A DNA stretch of 64,000 nucleotides. Origin: Hydrogenispora ethanolica (GTDB lineage: Bacteria > Bacillota > UBA4882 > UBA8346). The notes beneath the pieces were generated by a model. The model searched no databases. It was not told the origin of the DNA and saw nothing but the letters and a program-made list of their open reading frames with translations. The stretch covers positions 54,709 to 118,708 of the forward strand of contig NZ_SLUN01000018.1 in assembly GCF_004340685.1 (NCBI RefSeq). The letters run 5' to 3'. Of this stretch, positions 10,173 through 21,036 are shown one piece after another. Position numbers and translations under genes: made by a program. Position 1 is the first letter of the stretch, and every line of letters starts with the position of its first letter.

Positions 10173-13100
10173 TTAAGATGGTAACTCTTCTACCAATCTT
10201 TTTTCAATCCATTTCAACTCTGAAACTAACCTAACCAGTAAGGGTTCAGCATCAATAAACTGACTTTCTCGAATCACCGATTCCAATTGAAGTGCCAATT
10301 CTTGCGCGCTAACGGCTCCAAAATTGGAAATCGCTCCTCTAACACTATGTACCTTTTGATATAAGAGATTATCATCCCTTGCGTCGAAGGCGCTCCAAAG
10401 TCCATCAATCATTGTAGGGAGAACCTTCAAAAAATCTTTGATTAACTCTGCGAGCAACTGCGAATCGTTACTCAGATTTTCGCGGAGCGAATTCAGATCA
10501 ATAATACTCTCATTGGAAGAGCCCTGCGTCATATTACGGGTGATGACACGATATAAATCATTCATTTTTATTGGCTTTGCGAGGTAATCGTCCATCCCGG
10601 CCGCTAGGCATCGCTCGCGATCTCCTTTTAACGCATGAGCAGTCATGGCGATAATTGGAATATGTCTGTTGATACTCATTTCTTTTTGCCGAATTATCGA
10701 GGTAGTCTCAAATCCGTCAAGCTCCGGCATCTGCACATCCATCAAAATCAAGTCAAACTGACCGTGTTCCCAAAGAGTCAGACATTCTTTCCCATTAACA
10801 GCTGTAGTGACTCGCCAGCCTCGATTACGCAATAAAGTCTCAGCCAGTTTTTGATTGACAATGTTATCTTCCGCCAGTAAAATACGGAGCGTCGTCGGAG
10901 ATTGAAGCGGACCGTTGTTAATTTTCGCTTGAGGTAATGTCGTTTCCCCGGCTTGTCTCAACTCGCGAGTCTCACTTTCCTCAAGGCCGCGTTGGTATAT
11001 TAAATGTGCCATCATTTGAATCAGCTCCCCTTGTCGGACCGGTTTAACAAGATAACTTTCGATTCCTAATTTCCGACAGCGCGCCAAATCACCTTGAACC
11101 GCATCCGAGGTAAGCATCATGATGATTGTGTTTCTTAATTCCGGCTGACTTTTAATGGTTTCAGCCACAGCAAATCCATCCATCTCCGGCATATTCACAT
11201 CCAAAAGTACAAAATGATATGGAATTCCATAAATGGCGGCATTTTGCAATAAAGCTAATCCTTCAACTCCATTAGCGGCCAAACTCACGGAAAACCCTAA
11301 ATTTCGTAAAATATCTTTAAGTATCAAGCGGTTGGTCTCATTATCATCAATTATCAATGTTTTAATGGAGCCATTAAAATGAACGGATTGGGATATCACC
11401 TTCGTTTGAACGAGAGGGGGCATATACGGAATTTCAAATTGAAAGGTGCTACCCTCGCCAGGCGTACTTTTCACTTGAATATGGCCGTTCATCATCTCCA
11501 CTAAGTGTTTGGAGATCGCAAGGCCCAATCCGGTTCCACCGTATTTTCGCGAAATGGAGCCATCCACTTGACTAAAACTTTTGAAAAGGCGGTCCATTTT
11601 CTCCGCTGGAATTCCGATCCCGGTATCACGAACTGTAAAGGCGATCCTTCCAGGAGTTGACTCTCCCCAACCAATCTTGACTACGACCTCACCTTGAGCG
11701 GTAAATTTTACCGCATTGCCAATAAGATTGGTCAATATTTGGCTTATTCTTCCTGGATCTCCATGAAGAACCGGCGGAAGCGATGAATCGATCTGATACG
11801 ATAATTCAATCCGTTTTTGATGGGCTGTCACTGCCAACGTCTCCACTGTTTTTTCGATCATCTCTCGCAAGTTAAAATCGACAGTTTCAAGCTCCAGCTG
11901 ACCAGCTTCTATCTTTGAAAAATCGAGAATGTCATTGATAATCTCCAGTAATAAATCGGCAGAATTCTTAACCATTTGCAGATAATCCCGCTGTTCTCTG
12001 TCGAGTTCAGTTTGCAACGCCAATTCAGTCATTCCGATGATGCCATTCATCGGGGTCCGAATCTCATGACTCATATTCGCCAGGAATTCACTTTTCGCCC
12101 GATTAGCTGCTTCAGCGGCATTTTTGGCCATCTCTAAGGCTTGCTCCGTCTCCTTACGCTCAGTGATATCAATAAAACTCTCAACTCCGCCTATAATTTT
12201 TCCATCCGGGTCTCTGAGCAAGTCAGCACTTTTTAAGACCGTCATCCACTGCCCGTTTTTTTTCCGCATCCTGCATTCGATGGACATCACCGGTTTTGGA
12301 ACATCCGGACAATAAAGGCCGCATGCTCCCTTAACACATGGAGTTGGCGCAAACATGCGACAAGGTTTACCGATTACTTCCTGGGGTGAGAATCCGGTGA
12401 GTTCAGCCGCAACATCGTTAAAACTGGTAATCATTCCTTCTGAATCCACCGAAAAAACGGCGCTTGGTGTCACTCGGCATAACAATTCGAGCCATTCTTT
12501 GGTTCGGCGCAATTCATCCTGGGCTTCTTTTCGTTCTGTGATATCGTGAATGATCGAATATAAGAGATTACGCTGGTTGACCTTGATCGGGCCACTATAG
12601 ACTTCCACTTCGCGAATCTCGCCGCTTGCCAATCGATGTTTAAAAATAAACAGCCTTTTTTCCAGTTTGACGACTCGCTTCATTTCTGAACGAATTTCTG
12701 CGAGAGAAAGTACATTAATATCCATAATGTTTAAAGTTTTGAGAACAGATTTGCTAAATCCATAAAACTCAGCAGCTGCCGCATTCCCGTCGACAATTGC
12801 GCCAGTATCTGGATCAATCAATAACATCACCGAATTATTCATTTCAAAAAGGCTGTTATAACGAGCCTCGCTTTCAAGCAATGCTTGTTCAAAATGTTTT
12901 CGTGCCGTAATATCTCTAACAATTGACAAAGAACCTGGAGTCCCGGGGTCTAGCCGGACTGCTGTTGAAGCTACTTCTACATCAATGGCGTTCTCTGCAA
13001 AGTTCACATATTTCATCTCGACTAAAGGCGTACTGTTTCCCAATATCTCCAGTTCCATTAAACGCTGTTGGGTAAGTTGATAAAAGTCTGGATGTACAAA

Positions 13101-13718
13101 TTCATAAATTGATTTACCGTATACCTGTTCTTTTTTTTCAAATCCTAAAAGTCTCAAGAAACCCTGATTGGCATAGACAATCTTCCCTTGAGATTGGGCA
13201 AAGAAAGCATCGGGCAAGTTTTCCACAAACCGGTGATAACGGTTCTCGCTCTCTTGCTTTGTCCATTGCTCGCATAGGCTAACCTCAAAACAGTCGAAAA
13301 AGCGCTCAATCAACTGAATATAAGCTGCGGCATTTTCTGGCAGCTCCTCTGTAGTGCCGATGAACTCCAAATAGCTTCGGCGGAAGCACTTCAGTAAAGC
13401 CAGAAGAATCGGAAAAGGAACTTGGAAGGTATAAACATTCTGTTCATCGCACATTTCAGAACTCACGGAATCCACGGTATTTTGAAATACAGGATCCATG
13501 CTGAAACCGCTTCGATTCTGCCATGCCAGAATCAACTTTTGCGACAAGCGAGGAACTGAGATGAGATCATCTTTTTGAAGAATAAGAAGGGCATCAGACA
13601 AGTGATTTTCTACAGCGTGCGCAGTAATCCGCTGAATAAGCCAATTTTCTTTATGATGCAATGCTTCCGCAAAATTCATCTTCAATTCCTCCCCCCGGTA
13701 AATAATTGTGGGATTCAT
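10173..13718 (-). CDS. Soluble multi-PAS hybrid sensor histidine kinase (PAS x3-4 / HisKA / HATPase / REC / REC / Hpt), co-transcribed downstream of cheB, module Che-A
   Basis: H-box ANMSHEIRTPMNGIIGM. HATPase (DTGIGI, GGTGLGLAI). Two receivers (LIIDDNETN...LLDVNMPEMDG; ILLAEDNIVNQ...ILMDVQMPELDG). C-terminal Hpt (HSVRGAISNFGA). Only a 13-bp gap to the cheB stop. Confidence 0.88.
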   Translation of the reverse strand: MNPTIIYRGEELKMNFAEALHHKENWLIQRITAHAVENHLSDALLILQKDDLISVPRLSQKLILAWQNRSGFSMDPVFQNTVDSVSSEMCDEQNVYTFQVPFPILLALLKCFRRSYLEFIGTTEELPENAAAYIQLIERFFDCFEVSLCEQWTKQESENRYHRFVENLPDAFFAQSQGKIVYANQGFLRLLGFEKKEQVYGKSIYEFVHPDFYQLTQQRLMELEILGNSTPLVEMKYVNFAENAIDVEVASTAVRLDPGTPGSLSIVRDITARKHFEQALLESEARYNSLFEMNNSVMLLIDPDTGAIVDGNAAAAEFYGFSKSVLKTLNIMDINVLSLAEIRSEMKRVVKLEKRLFIFKHRLASGEIREVEVYSGPIKVNQRNLLYSIIHDITERKEAQDELRRTKEWLELLCRVTPSAVFSVDSEGMITSFNDVAAELTGFSPQEVIGKPCRMFAPTPCVKGACGLYCPDVPKPVMSIECRMRKKNGQWMTVLKSADLLRDPDGKIIGGVESFIDITERKETEQALEMAKNAAEAANRAKSEFLANMSHEIRTPMNGIIGMTELALQTELDREQRDYLQMVKNSADLLLEIINDILDFSKIEAGQLELETVDFNLREMIEKTVETLAVTAHQKRIELSYQIDSSLPPVLHGDPGRISQILTNLIGNAVKFTAQGEVVVKIGWGESTPGRIAFTVRDTGIGIPAEKMDRLFKSFSQVDGSISRKYGGTGLGLAISKHLVEMMNGHIQVKSTPGEGSTFQFEIPYMPPLVQTKVISQSVHFNGSIKTLIIDDNETNRLILKDILRNLGFSVSLAANGVEGLALLQNAAIYGIPYHFVLLDVNMPEMDGFAVAETIKSQPELRNTIIMMLTSDAVQGDLARCRKLGIESYLVKPVRQGELIQMMAHLIYQRGLEESETRELRQAGETTLPQAKINNGPLQSPTTLRILLAEDNIVNQKLAETLLRNRGWRVTTAVNGKECLTLWEHGQFDLILMDVQMPELDGFETTSIIRQKEMSINRHIPIIAMTAHALKGDRERCLAAGMDDYLAKPIKMNDLYRVITRNMTQGSSNESIIDLNSLRENLSNDSQLLAELIKDFLKVLPTMIDGLWSAFDARDDNLLYQKVHSVRGAISNFGAVSAQELALQLESVIRESQFIDAEPLLVRLVSELKWIEKRLVEELPS

Positions 13719-13731
13719 TGCATTTCCATGC

Positions 13732-14784
13732 TTATCGATTACACGCCTCTACGAGGGCATGAGGAATCTCCGATAATGGCAGAATTCGAGAAACCGCACC
13801 AATAACAGCTGCCTCTTTGGGCATCCCATAAACCACGCTACTTGCTTCGTCCTGAGCGATGGTATAGGCGCCGGCCTTTTTCATCGCTAATAATCCCGTA
13901 GCGCCGTCTTTTCCCATTCCAGTAAGAATCGTTCCCACTGCATTCGCTCCGGCGTATTTGGCGACCGACTGAAACAGTACTTCAACCGACGGTCGTTGAT
14001 GAAAGACGAGCGGGCCGTCTTTGACCTCAACGTAATAATTGGCGCCGCTCCGTTTGAGGACCAAATGCTTATTTCCCGGAGCAATGAGCGCTTTCCCGGG
14101 TGTCACCGGTTCCTGATCCTCGGCTTCCTTCACTCGGATCCGGCATTGACTATCTAGCCTATCGGCAAAAGCTTTTGTAAAAAATTCCGGCATATGCTGA
14201 ACTATCAAAATTGGATGCATATCCGCAGGCAATTGAGTCAACAAAGCCTTCAAGGCCTCCGTGCCGCCCGTGGAGGCTCCGATTGCCAATATCTTAAAGG
14301 TGGTTTTCAGTAATGCGTTGTTGAATTGGTACTTCTGAGAGACTGCTTCCGAACGATTGAATTGCGTCGCAGAAATTGAAAATTTTCGCAGGCCGGCCAC
14401 TGCCTTAATTTTGTCGATCAATTGCGCGCTCATATCTTGCACCGAATAGGAAGAACCCGGCTTGGCAATAACTTCGGCTGCACCTAAATCTAAAGCGCGC
14501 AAGGCTACTTGCCCTCCTTTTTCAGCCAGGGAACTCACGATAATTACCGGCATCGGATGATAACGCATCAGTTTTTCCAAAAAGGTCAAGCCATCCATCT
14601 TTGGCATTTCGATATCCAATAGCAGTACATCGGGGTTCAACTGTACTATTTTGTCCCGGGCGATAAAAGGGTCGGGCGCTGTCCCGACTATCTCCAGCTC
14701 GGGATCTTTGGCTAGTTCGGTGCTGAAAACTTTCCGAACCATGGCTGAATCATCAACAATCAATACCTTAATCTTCCCTGCCAT
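13732..14784 (-). CDS. cheB: CheB methylesterase/response regulator, module Che-A
   Basis: KVLIVDDSAMVRK receiver; GASTGGTEAL CheB catalytic domain. Confidence 0.9.
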   Translation of the reverse strand: MAGKIKVLIVDDSAMVRKVFSTELAKDPELEIVGTAPDPFIARDKIVQLNPDVLLLDIEMPKMDGLTFLEKLMRYHPMPVIIVSSLAEKGGQVALRALDLGAAEVIAKPGSSYSVQDMSAQLIDKIKAVAGLRKFSISATQFNRSEAVSQKYQFNNALLKTTFKILAIGASTGGTEALKALLTQLPADMHPILIVQHMPEFFTKAFADRLDSQCRIRVKEAEDQEPVTPGKALIAPGNKHLVLKRSGANYYVEVKDGPLVFHQRPSVEVLFQSVAKYAGANAVGTILTGMGKDGATGLLAMKKAGAYTIAQDEASSVVYGMPKEAAVIGAVSRILPLSEIPHALVEACNR

Positions 14785-14785
14785 G

Positions 14786-15259
14786 TTATTTATACCAGTC
14801 GCTTTCCCACGCTTTATTTACTTTTGAAATGAAGATCTCTCCGGTAACAGTATTAAAGATAACTTTTCGGCTGATTGGACCGCCCGTATCCCGCGTGGCA
14901 ATCTCAATCCGATGCTTCTGTAAAATTTCTTCCGCAATCTTCGCATTCTCATTTCCAATCATGGAATTGAGGTGCAAATGCTGACCTCCGCCAACGATAT
15001 GCGCTTTCAATCCGGATCTTTCCGCGCCCATCTTCCGGAATAGGTGAATCATATAGGGAATGGAAAGATCCCCAAACCGCGCATTGCGTTCACCGCGTAA
15101 CGATCTGGCAAATAGGTAATGATTCATCCCGCCGATCCGTGGCGCCTCGCTCCAGATACAGACCGCTACGCAAGATCCGAGGACCGTCTGGATCAAATAC
15201 GGCTCAGGGGTTACAAAAATGAAGCCAGGCTGGAGAAAATAACTATTGAACCCTTCCAT
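14786..15259 (-). CDS. cheD: Chemoreceptor glutamine deamidase CheD
   Basis: 157 aa; LGSCVAVCIW CheD signature. Confidence 0.85.
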   Translation of the reverse strand: MEGFNSYFLQPGFIFVTPEPYLIQTVLGSCVAVCIWSEAPRIGGMNHYLFARSLRGERNARFGDLSIPYMIHLFRKMGAERSGLKAHIVGGGQHLHLNSMIGNENAKIAEEILQKHRIEIATRDTGGPISRKVIFNTVTGEIFISKVNKAWESDWYK

Positions 15260-15265
15260 ACCTAT

Positions 15266-15661
15266 TTAGTCGATCAATTGCATCTCGCGCAATTGCTGTA
15301 ACAGTTTGACTCGCTCAATCGGTTTTACGAGATAAGCCTCGCATTGTTCCTGAAATGCCTGCTTGATATTTTCATGATCATGCAAAGCGGTGGTCATAAT
15401 AATCTTGGCGCCATCTCCCCAATCGACGCTCATCTCCCGTTCAATCGCACGAATCGTCTTTAGAACCTCCTGTCCGCCCAGTTCCGGCATCATGATGTCC
15501 AAACAAATTAATTGGTATGGACTCTTTTCCTGCCAGGCAAGGCGGAACGCTTCGATCGCTTCCTTACCATTTACAGCAATGTCGCAAGGACCATAGGGCG
15601 CCAGAATGATCTGGAGCAAGCGACGGCTGACAAAATCATCTTCGACGATCAAGGTTTTCAT
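15266..15661 (-). CDS. cheY: CheY-like response regulator, module Che-A
   Basis: 131 aa; LIVEDD...LICLDIMMPELGG...IIMTTA receiver. Confidence 0.85.
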   Translation of the reverse strand: MKTLIVEDDFVSRRLLQIILAPYGPCDIAVNGKEAIEAFRLAWQEKSPYQLICLDIMMPELGGQEVLKTIRAIEREMSVDWGDGAKIIMTTALHDHENIKQAFQEQCEAYLVKPIERVKLLQQLREMQLID

Positions 15662-15708
15662 GATTCACACTCCCCGTAAAATGGCGCGATGAGTACTTCG
15701 CTACGCCG

Positions 15709-18351
15709 TCAGTTTTCAATTTTGAATAAATTCTCAACGTCCAGGATCATTGCCAGTTTCCCGTCGCCAAGGATAGAAACTCCGGAGGCGAATTTCTGTT
15801 CCTTAAATTCTCGATCGAGCGGCTTGACCACGACTTCCTTCCGGCCGGAAATGCCAGCGATCGGCAATGCCTTCTGGTGCTTATCCATTTCCAGTATGAT
15901 CACCAAACTATTCTCCGGTAAATGGTCCGGCTCCGCGACCCCAAAAGCTTTCGCAATCGGCACCACTGGCAGCACTTCATCCCGGACCTTAAAAAAGGCC
16001 CGTTTCCCTTTGATGAATATCCACTGCTCAGGACGGGGTTGAATAATCTGCTTTACATTCAAAGTCGGGATCACGCAGCGATAACCAAAAATCTCAGCGA
16101 TAATTCCATTTAGAGCTGCAAAATTGATGGGAATCTTGAGAATGAAGGTGCAACCCTTGGCCGGAAAGTTTCGCACTTCGATTTTGCCGCCGATCCGCGC
16201 CATTTCGGTCTTGACGACATCGAGACCGACTCCCCGGCCGGAGATATGGTTCACCTTTTCCGCCGTAGAAAAGCCGGGCAAAAAGATGAAGTCGACAATC
16301 TCCTCATCCCGGTATTTTTTGGCGGGATCGGCCAAGCCTTTTTCAATGGCTTTGGTGAGGATCCTTTCAAGCGACAAACCCCGTCCATCATCGGAAATCT
16401 CAATATAAATGTTGCCTTTTTTGTTATAGGCCTGAATTTTAACTTCTCCTTGCGGCGGTTTCCCGAGCTGGATTCTTTCCGCCTCGCTTTCAATCCCATG
16501 AGAGATCGAATTCTTGACCATGTGGAGCAATGGGTCCTGGATCTTCTCGGCGACACCGCGATCGATCTCCGTATCCTCTCCCAGCGCCAGATAGTTTACA
16601 TTTTTTCCAAGTTCATTAATGGCATCGCGCGCCACCCGGTTAATCTTTTGAAATGTCGCCTTTAACGAAACCATCCGCATCGACATGGACTGACTCTGAA
16701 GATCCTTGATCAGCCTTTCCATCCGTAACACTTTATTGACCAGTTCATCATTGGCATTAAAACGTTGCAACGCGGACTGTTCAATCTGTGCTTGCAATAT
16801 CAGCAGTTCACCAATTTTATCGACCATACCGTCGATCTTGTAGGTAGGGATGCGGGCAAATTCAGTTCCGGAAATTCCATTCAACCCATTGCGTTTGTTG
16901 GGTTCCGATGCCCGAGCGGGTTGACCCGGAGCTTCCGTTGGAGAACCTTTCCCCTCGCTCGGCTCATCCGAGGCATCCGGGACCAGGAGCGGCTGACGAT
17001 TGGCTTCCTGCTTTATGAACTGCTTTGCTGCTGGCGGCTCTTGGAGATTCGCCGTCGCAATCACGGCTTCGGCCGAAGAAACGCCCTTCGTACCCGATTC
17101 CAAGTCCTGCAGATGTTGTTCAATTTTCTTGGATAACTCCGGACCCGCTTGCTCGGATGTTTCCGTGATCAGCTGTCTGATCAGCTCGCCCGATATCAAA
17201 AGTCGTTCCAGTACAATTTGGTCAGTTTGGTGTTCCGCCTTCCGGATCTGATTCAAAAACCGCTTGGTATGATCGGTGATCTTTTTCACTGAGCCAAAAC
17301 CGATAAACCCCGCCAGACCGCCGATGGTATGAAACAGCCGGTAAATCCGGTAAAGAATCTCGGCGTTTCCCACGGGTCCTGCCAATTCCGACAGGCTAAG
17401 CTCTATTTTGCCAAGATACTCTTGCATTTCCGCCAAAAAATCCGCCCGAAATTCCCGGTCAATCTCAATTACTTGCGCAGGCCCGGCCGGTCCGTCAATA
17501 ATTTCCGCAACGAGTTGATCCACCTCATCCGACTCATTTGTGCCCTCCGCTTTTCGCTCCTGGGAAGTGACCAGGCGGAACGGATTGACGCTAGGAATGG
17601 TTCCAAAATTGGCTGGCAGGGGTTGAACTGAAACAATGATCTCCGTTTCGATAGCCAACGATTGAAGAATAGCGGCATCTTGCGATTGCGAAGCCAAAAT
17701 TACTACCAATTGTTCCGGCTCGTAGAGAAGATTACCCTCTTTAACCGCAGGCACTTCCGGGTCAGCCTTCAGCAATACTCCCTGATTCTCCAAGATCTGA
17801 TAAACAATCAGTGCCCTCACGGAGACAAGTTGCGTTTCCGGTTTAAAGGTAATTTGAACCTGATACAGCGAGTATCCTTGCGCTGCCAAATCCTGCGCTT
17901 GTTGGATGAGCTCCGGAGAGTCGAGAAACATTGGCTTTTCTATCCCGGATTGGGGCATTTCAAGTGGCTGCTGATTCGCCTGGATGATCTCGTGCAGATG
18001 CTTCATAATCTGATCCGACTTGAAATCGCCTTCATCCCCATTTTGAATCACCGATTCTAAACAATTCAGGAGAAAATCATGACAAACAAAGAGGAGCTCC
18101 ACCAGTTTGGCATCAACCTTAAGCTTTCCATCCCGAACATCATGTAATACATCCTCCATGCCATGGGCCATATTCTCCATCTTCATCAAGCCCATCATGG
18201 CGGAGGATCCTTTCATGGTGTGAACCACCCGAAAGATCTCATTGATGATTTCCTTGTTCTCCGGGTCCTTTTCAAGCTCCATCAAAGAATCATTCAGAAT
18301 ATCCAGGTGTTCCCTGGTTTCTCCGACAAATATCTCCGCCAGTTCACTCAT
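15709..18351 (-). CDS. cheA: Chemotaxis histidine kinase CheA (long form, 880 aa), module Che-A
   Basis: Hpt (HTMKGSSAMM), a long P2/linker, a second Hpt-like HTIGGLAGFIGF segment, HATPase (GRGVGLDVV), C-terminal CheW-like domain. Confidence 0.9.
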   Translation of the reverse strand: MSELAEIFVGETREHLDILNDSLMELEKDPENKEIINEIFRVVHTMKGSSAMMGLMKMENMAHGMEDVLHDVRDGKLKVDAKLVELLFVCHDFLLNCLESVIQNGDEGDFKSDQIMKHLHEIIQANQQPLEMPQSGIEKPMFLDSPELIQQAQDLAAQGYSLYQVQITFKPETQLVSVRALIVYQILENQGVLLKADPEVPAVKEGNLLYEPEQLVVILASQSQDAAILQSLAIETEIIVSVQPLPANFGTIPSVNPFRLVTSQERKAEGTNESDEVDQLVAEIIDGPAGPAQVIEIDREFRADFLAEMQEYLGKIELSLSELAGPVGNAEILYRIYRLFHTIGGLAGFIGFGSVKKITDHTKRFLNQIRKAEHQTDQIVLERLLISGELIRQLITETSEQAGPELSKKIEQHLQDLESGTKGVSSAEAVIATANLQEPPAAKQFIKQEANRQPLLVPDASDEPSEGKGSPTEAPGQPARASEPNKRNGLNGISGTEFARIPTYKIDGMVDKIGELLILQAQIEQSALQRFNANDELVNKVLRMERLIKDLQSQSMSMRMVSLKATFQKINRVARDAINELGKNVNYLALGEDTEIDRGVAEKIQDPLLHMVKNSISHGIESEAERIQLGKPPQGEVKIQAYNKKGNIYIEISDDGRGLSLERILTKAIEKGLADPAKKYRDEEIVDFIFLPGFSTAEKVNHISGRGVGLDVVKTEMARIGGKIEVRNFPAKGCTFILKIPINFAALNGIIAEIFGYRCVIPTLNVKQIIQPRPEQWIFIKGKRAFFKVRDEVLPVVPIAKAFGVAEPDHLPENSLVIILEMDKHQKALPIAGISGRKEVVVKPLDREFKEQKFASGVSILGDGKLAMILDVENLFKIEN

Positions 18352-18554
18352 GGGGTGAACCTCCTTTAATTAACAAATTTGCAACATCTCGATAGGATGG
18401 AATAAACTTTCCTTGCAACTTTTTGCATTCCTAAAGCCGAACGCAAACGAAATCCAAAACGGCATTATTTCATCCTATTCCTGCGGTATTGAGTTGAATG
18501 AAATCCCTCAATTTTACCATCATGTCCTGCTTTCGGGACTTGATGCATCCCAAT

Positions 18555-19412
18555 TCAACTAATGTACCGCCCGCCGGCCTTCGTATTCTTCCGGTAGATG
18601 GTCGGTTGCAAATACTGAAAATGATGTCGCTTATTGGTCAGACTTTCGGAATGGCCGATAAAAAACAGGCCGCCCGGGATTAAAACATCGTAAAAACGAT
18701 TTACCAAATCTTGCTGGGTCTGCGGATCAAAATAAATCATTACATTCCGGCAAAAAATCATGTCAAACTTATTTTGAAACGGAAAATGATCCATCAAATT
18801 AAACTGGCGAAAGGTAATCAAGTCTTTTATTTCCTGGGTAACCTTCCAGGCATCGCGCTGCCGGCTAAAATAACGCTGCAAATAATAGGGATTGATCACC
18901 GCCACATCTGCCGCGTTGTAAACGCCTCGTTGAGCGGCGACCAAAACCCGGTGACTCAAATCGGTGGCTAAGATTTTAACCTGGATCGCCGCCGGCAAGG
19001 TTTCCCGCAATACCATCGCCAGCGTATAAGGTTCTTCCCCGGTGGAACAACCGGCGCTCCAAACCCGGATCATCCCTTCCTTCTGAATCCGCGGATTGAG
19101 ATCCATGATATTTTGCAGCTGTTTTTGAATAAACTCAAAATGGTGATTTTCACGAAAAAAATCAGTCTTATTAATCGTGATCTCATCGGAAAAACGGACC
19201 CAGTCTTCAGGTTTCCCGTCCCGCGTCAAACGTTGATAATACTCATCGTATGACGCGATCCCCTGCTGGCGCATTAACTTATCCAATTTCGTTTTCAGCA
19301 TTTCTTTCTTGACCGATTGAATATGGATCCCCAACTGGTCATAGATTAGCCGGCTGAATTTTTGAAATTGCCCTTCATTCAAATGATTCGTTGGGTCCAT
19401 ATCAAAAATCAC
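18555..19412 (-). CDS. cheR: CheR methyltransferase, module Che-A
   Basis: [18 protein letters not shown]...[10 protein letters not shown]. Confidence 0.9.
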   Translation of the reverse strand: MIFDMDPTNHLNEGQFQKFSRLIYDQLGIHIQSVKKEMLKTKLDKLMRQQGIASYDEYYQRLTRDGKPEDWVRFSDEITINKTDFFRENHHFEFIQKQLQNIMDLNPRIQKEGMIRVWSAGCSTGEEPYTLAMVLRETLPAAIQVKILATDLSHRVLVAAQRGVYNAADVAVINPYYLQRYFSRQRDAWKVTQEIKDLITFRQFNLMDHFPFQNKFDMIFCRNVMIYFDPQTQQDLVNRFYDVLIPGGLFFIGHSESLTNKRHHFQYLQPTIYRKNTKAGGRYIS

Positions 19413-21036
19413 TCAGATCGTCTTTTAACGGGATGACTTGTTCGGGATCCACAATTTGCGTCGTCTTTTTGGAAAACGAGTTTTTCTCGGCAGTATCCTG
19501 AAGCATCTTTCCCGGAGCGGAGTTCCCGCCAGACTTCGGCCGTTGCAAAGAAGGCTTGGCGGCCAAACGCTCCGTCGGGTAACCCGCATCGGCGGCGGCG
19601 AGGCCGTCCACCAATCCTTTGAGCTGCTGTACAATTTCCCGGGTATTATAGACTTGGGCATTGAGTTCTTCGGCGGCGGAAGCGCTTTCCTCGGCTCCCG
19701 CTGCATTGGACATGGTGACCGTCTCCATCTGGGCAATGGCCTTATTCACCTGCATAATCCCCTGAGACTGCTCTTGACTGGCGACCACGATCTCTTCCAT
19801 CAATTCATTCACTTTTTTGGCTTGTTGAGTAATGGAGACCAGCGCCTCTTGAACCCGCTCGGAAACGGTCACGCCCTTGGCAGCCAATTCAATATTGTTT
19901 TCAATGATGGCAGCGGTATCTTTAGCCGCCTGGGCGCTGCGCTGAGCCAGATTCCGGACCTCCTCGGCCACGACGGCGAATCCCATGCCGGCTTCCCCGG
20001 CGCGCGCCGCTTCCACAGCCGCATTCAGGGCTAGAATATTGGTCTGAAAGGCAATCTCATCGATGACCTTAATAATCTTGGCAATCTGGTCGCTGGAGCG
20101 TTTTAACTCGTTCATCGAAGTCATCATCTGCTCCATCTCGTGGTTGCCGCGTTCCGCAAATTCAATGGTCTGCTTGGACAACAAACCCGCCTGGTGAGTA
20201 TTTTCCGAGTTCTGCTGGACCATCGAGGATGTCTGTTCCAGCGTAGTGGATGTTTCCTGGATCGCGGCGGCCTGTTCCGAGCTGCCTTCCGCCAATTGCT
20301 GGCTGGTGGAGGAGAGTTGAGTGGAAGCTGCGGCAATTTGGGTCGCACTCTCGGAAAGACTGTCCACGCTATTTTTGATGGACTTGCTAATGGAGGTACT
20401 TAGGAAATAGCCCAATCCCAAAGATAATAAAAGTCCCAGCGCAATGCTGATAACAATGATGATCGAAGTAGTTCTTTGTTGGTTATCCGCAGCGCTGCTT
20501 TCGTTCTTTGCCGCTTGCCGATTCATGGCAATCAGCTTCGCCAGTATTTCCTCGGATTTTAGAAAATTCTGGCGGGCAATCGTATAGGAGATCTCCAGCG
20601 CTTTCTGTTTTGAAGCGGTAGTATTCAAAAGAGCTTGCTCAACTACTTGTTCATGACTTTCTTTCCAAATACTCCATACCGATTGCAAAGCCACCCATAG
20701 TTCTCGTTCCCCTTTCAATGAAATGAGCGGCTCGTATTCTTTCGAACATTGCTCGATGCGTTTCCAAATCGTCGTCATCCGGTTCTTCTGAAACTCCATC
20801 TCATCCCGGTTGGGTGCAATCAGCATTGAACGCTCGGCTGCCAGAATACTATTCATTCCCGATTCGATCGTCAAGAGGTTTTGAACGGAAGGAAGCATAT
20901 TATTACTGATCTGATTTAAATTTTCACCGACCCTCTGGAGACCACCCCATCCGATGATTCCTAAGACAAGCGTGATTAAAGAGACCAATAGAAAACTAAG
21001 GATCAATTTGGCACTGAGTTTCAATCGTTTAAGCAT
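19402..21036 (-). CDS. mcp: Methyl-accepting chemotaxis protein: 2 TM, periplasmic 4HB-like sensor, HAMP, MA domain
   Basis: Two hydrophobic segments flank a periplasmic domain of about 150 aa. The C-terminus carries the conserved MCP signalling hairpin (...[29 protein letters not shown]...). It overlaps cheW by 8 nt and cheR by 11 nt, consistent with translational coupling. Confidence 0.88.
   Translation of the reverse strand: MLKRLKLSAKLILSFLLVSLITLVLGIIGWGGLQRVGENLNQISNNMLPSVQNLLTIESGMNSILAAERSMLIAPNRDEMEFQKNRMTTIWKRIEQCSKEYEPLISLKGERELWVALQSVWSIWKESHEQVVEQALLNTTASKQKALEISYTIARQNFLKSEEILAKLIAMNRQAAKNESSAADNQQRTTSIIIVISIALGLLLSLGLGYFLSTSISKSIKNSVDSLSESATQIAAASTQLSSTSQQLAEGSSEQAAAIQETSTTLEQTSSMVQQNSENTHQAGLLSKQTIEFAERGNHEMEQMMTSMNELKRSSDQIAKIIKVIDEIAFQTNILALNAAVEAARAGEAGMGFAVVAEEVRNLAQRSAQAAKDTAAIIENNIELAAKGVTVSERVQEALVSITQQAKKVNELMEEIVVASQEQSQGIMQVNKAIAQMETVTMSNAAGAEESASAAEELNAQVYNTREIVQQLKGLVDGLAAADAGYPTERLAAKPSLQRPKSGGNSAPGKMLQDTAEKNSFSKKTTQIVDPEQVIPLKDDLSDF

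Noticed and set aside
15689-20403. Multiple 60-200-aa plus-strand ORFs inside the cheA, cheR and mcp genes
   Set aside because: All are antisense to strongly supported chemotaxis genes. None shows a recognisable domain or an RBS.
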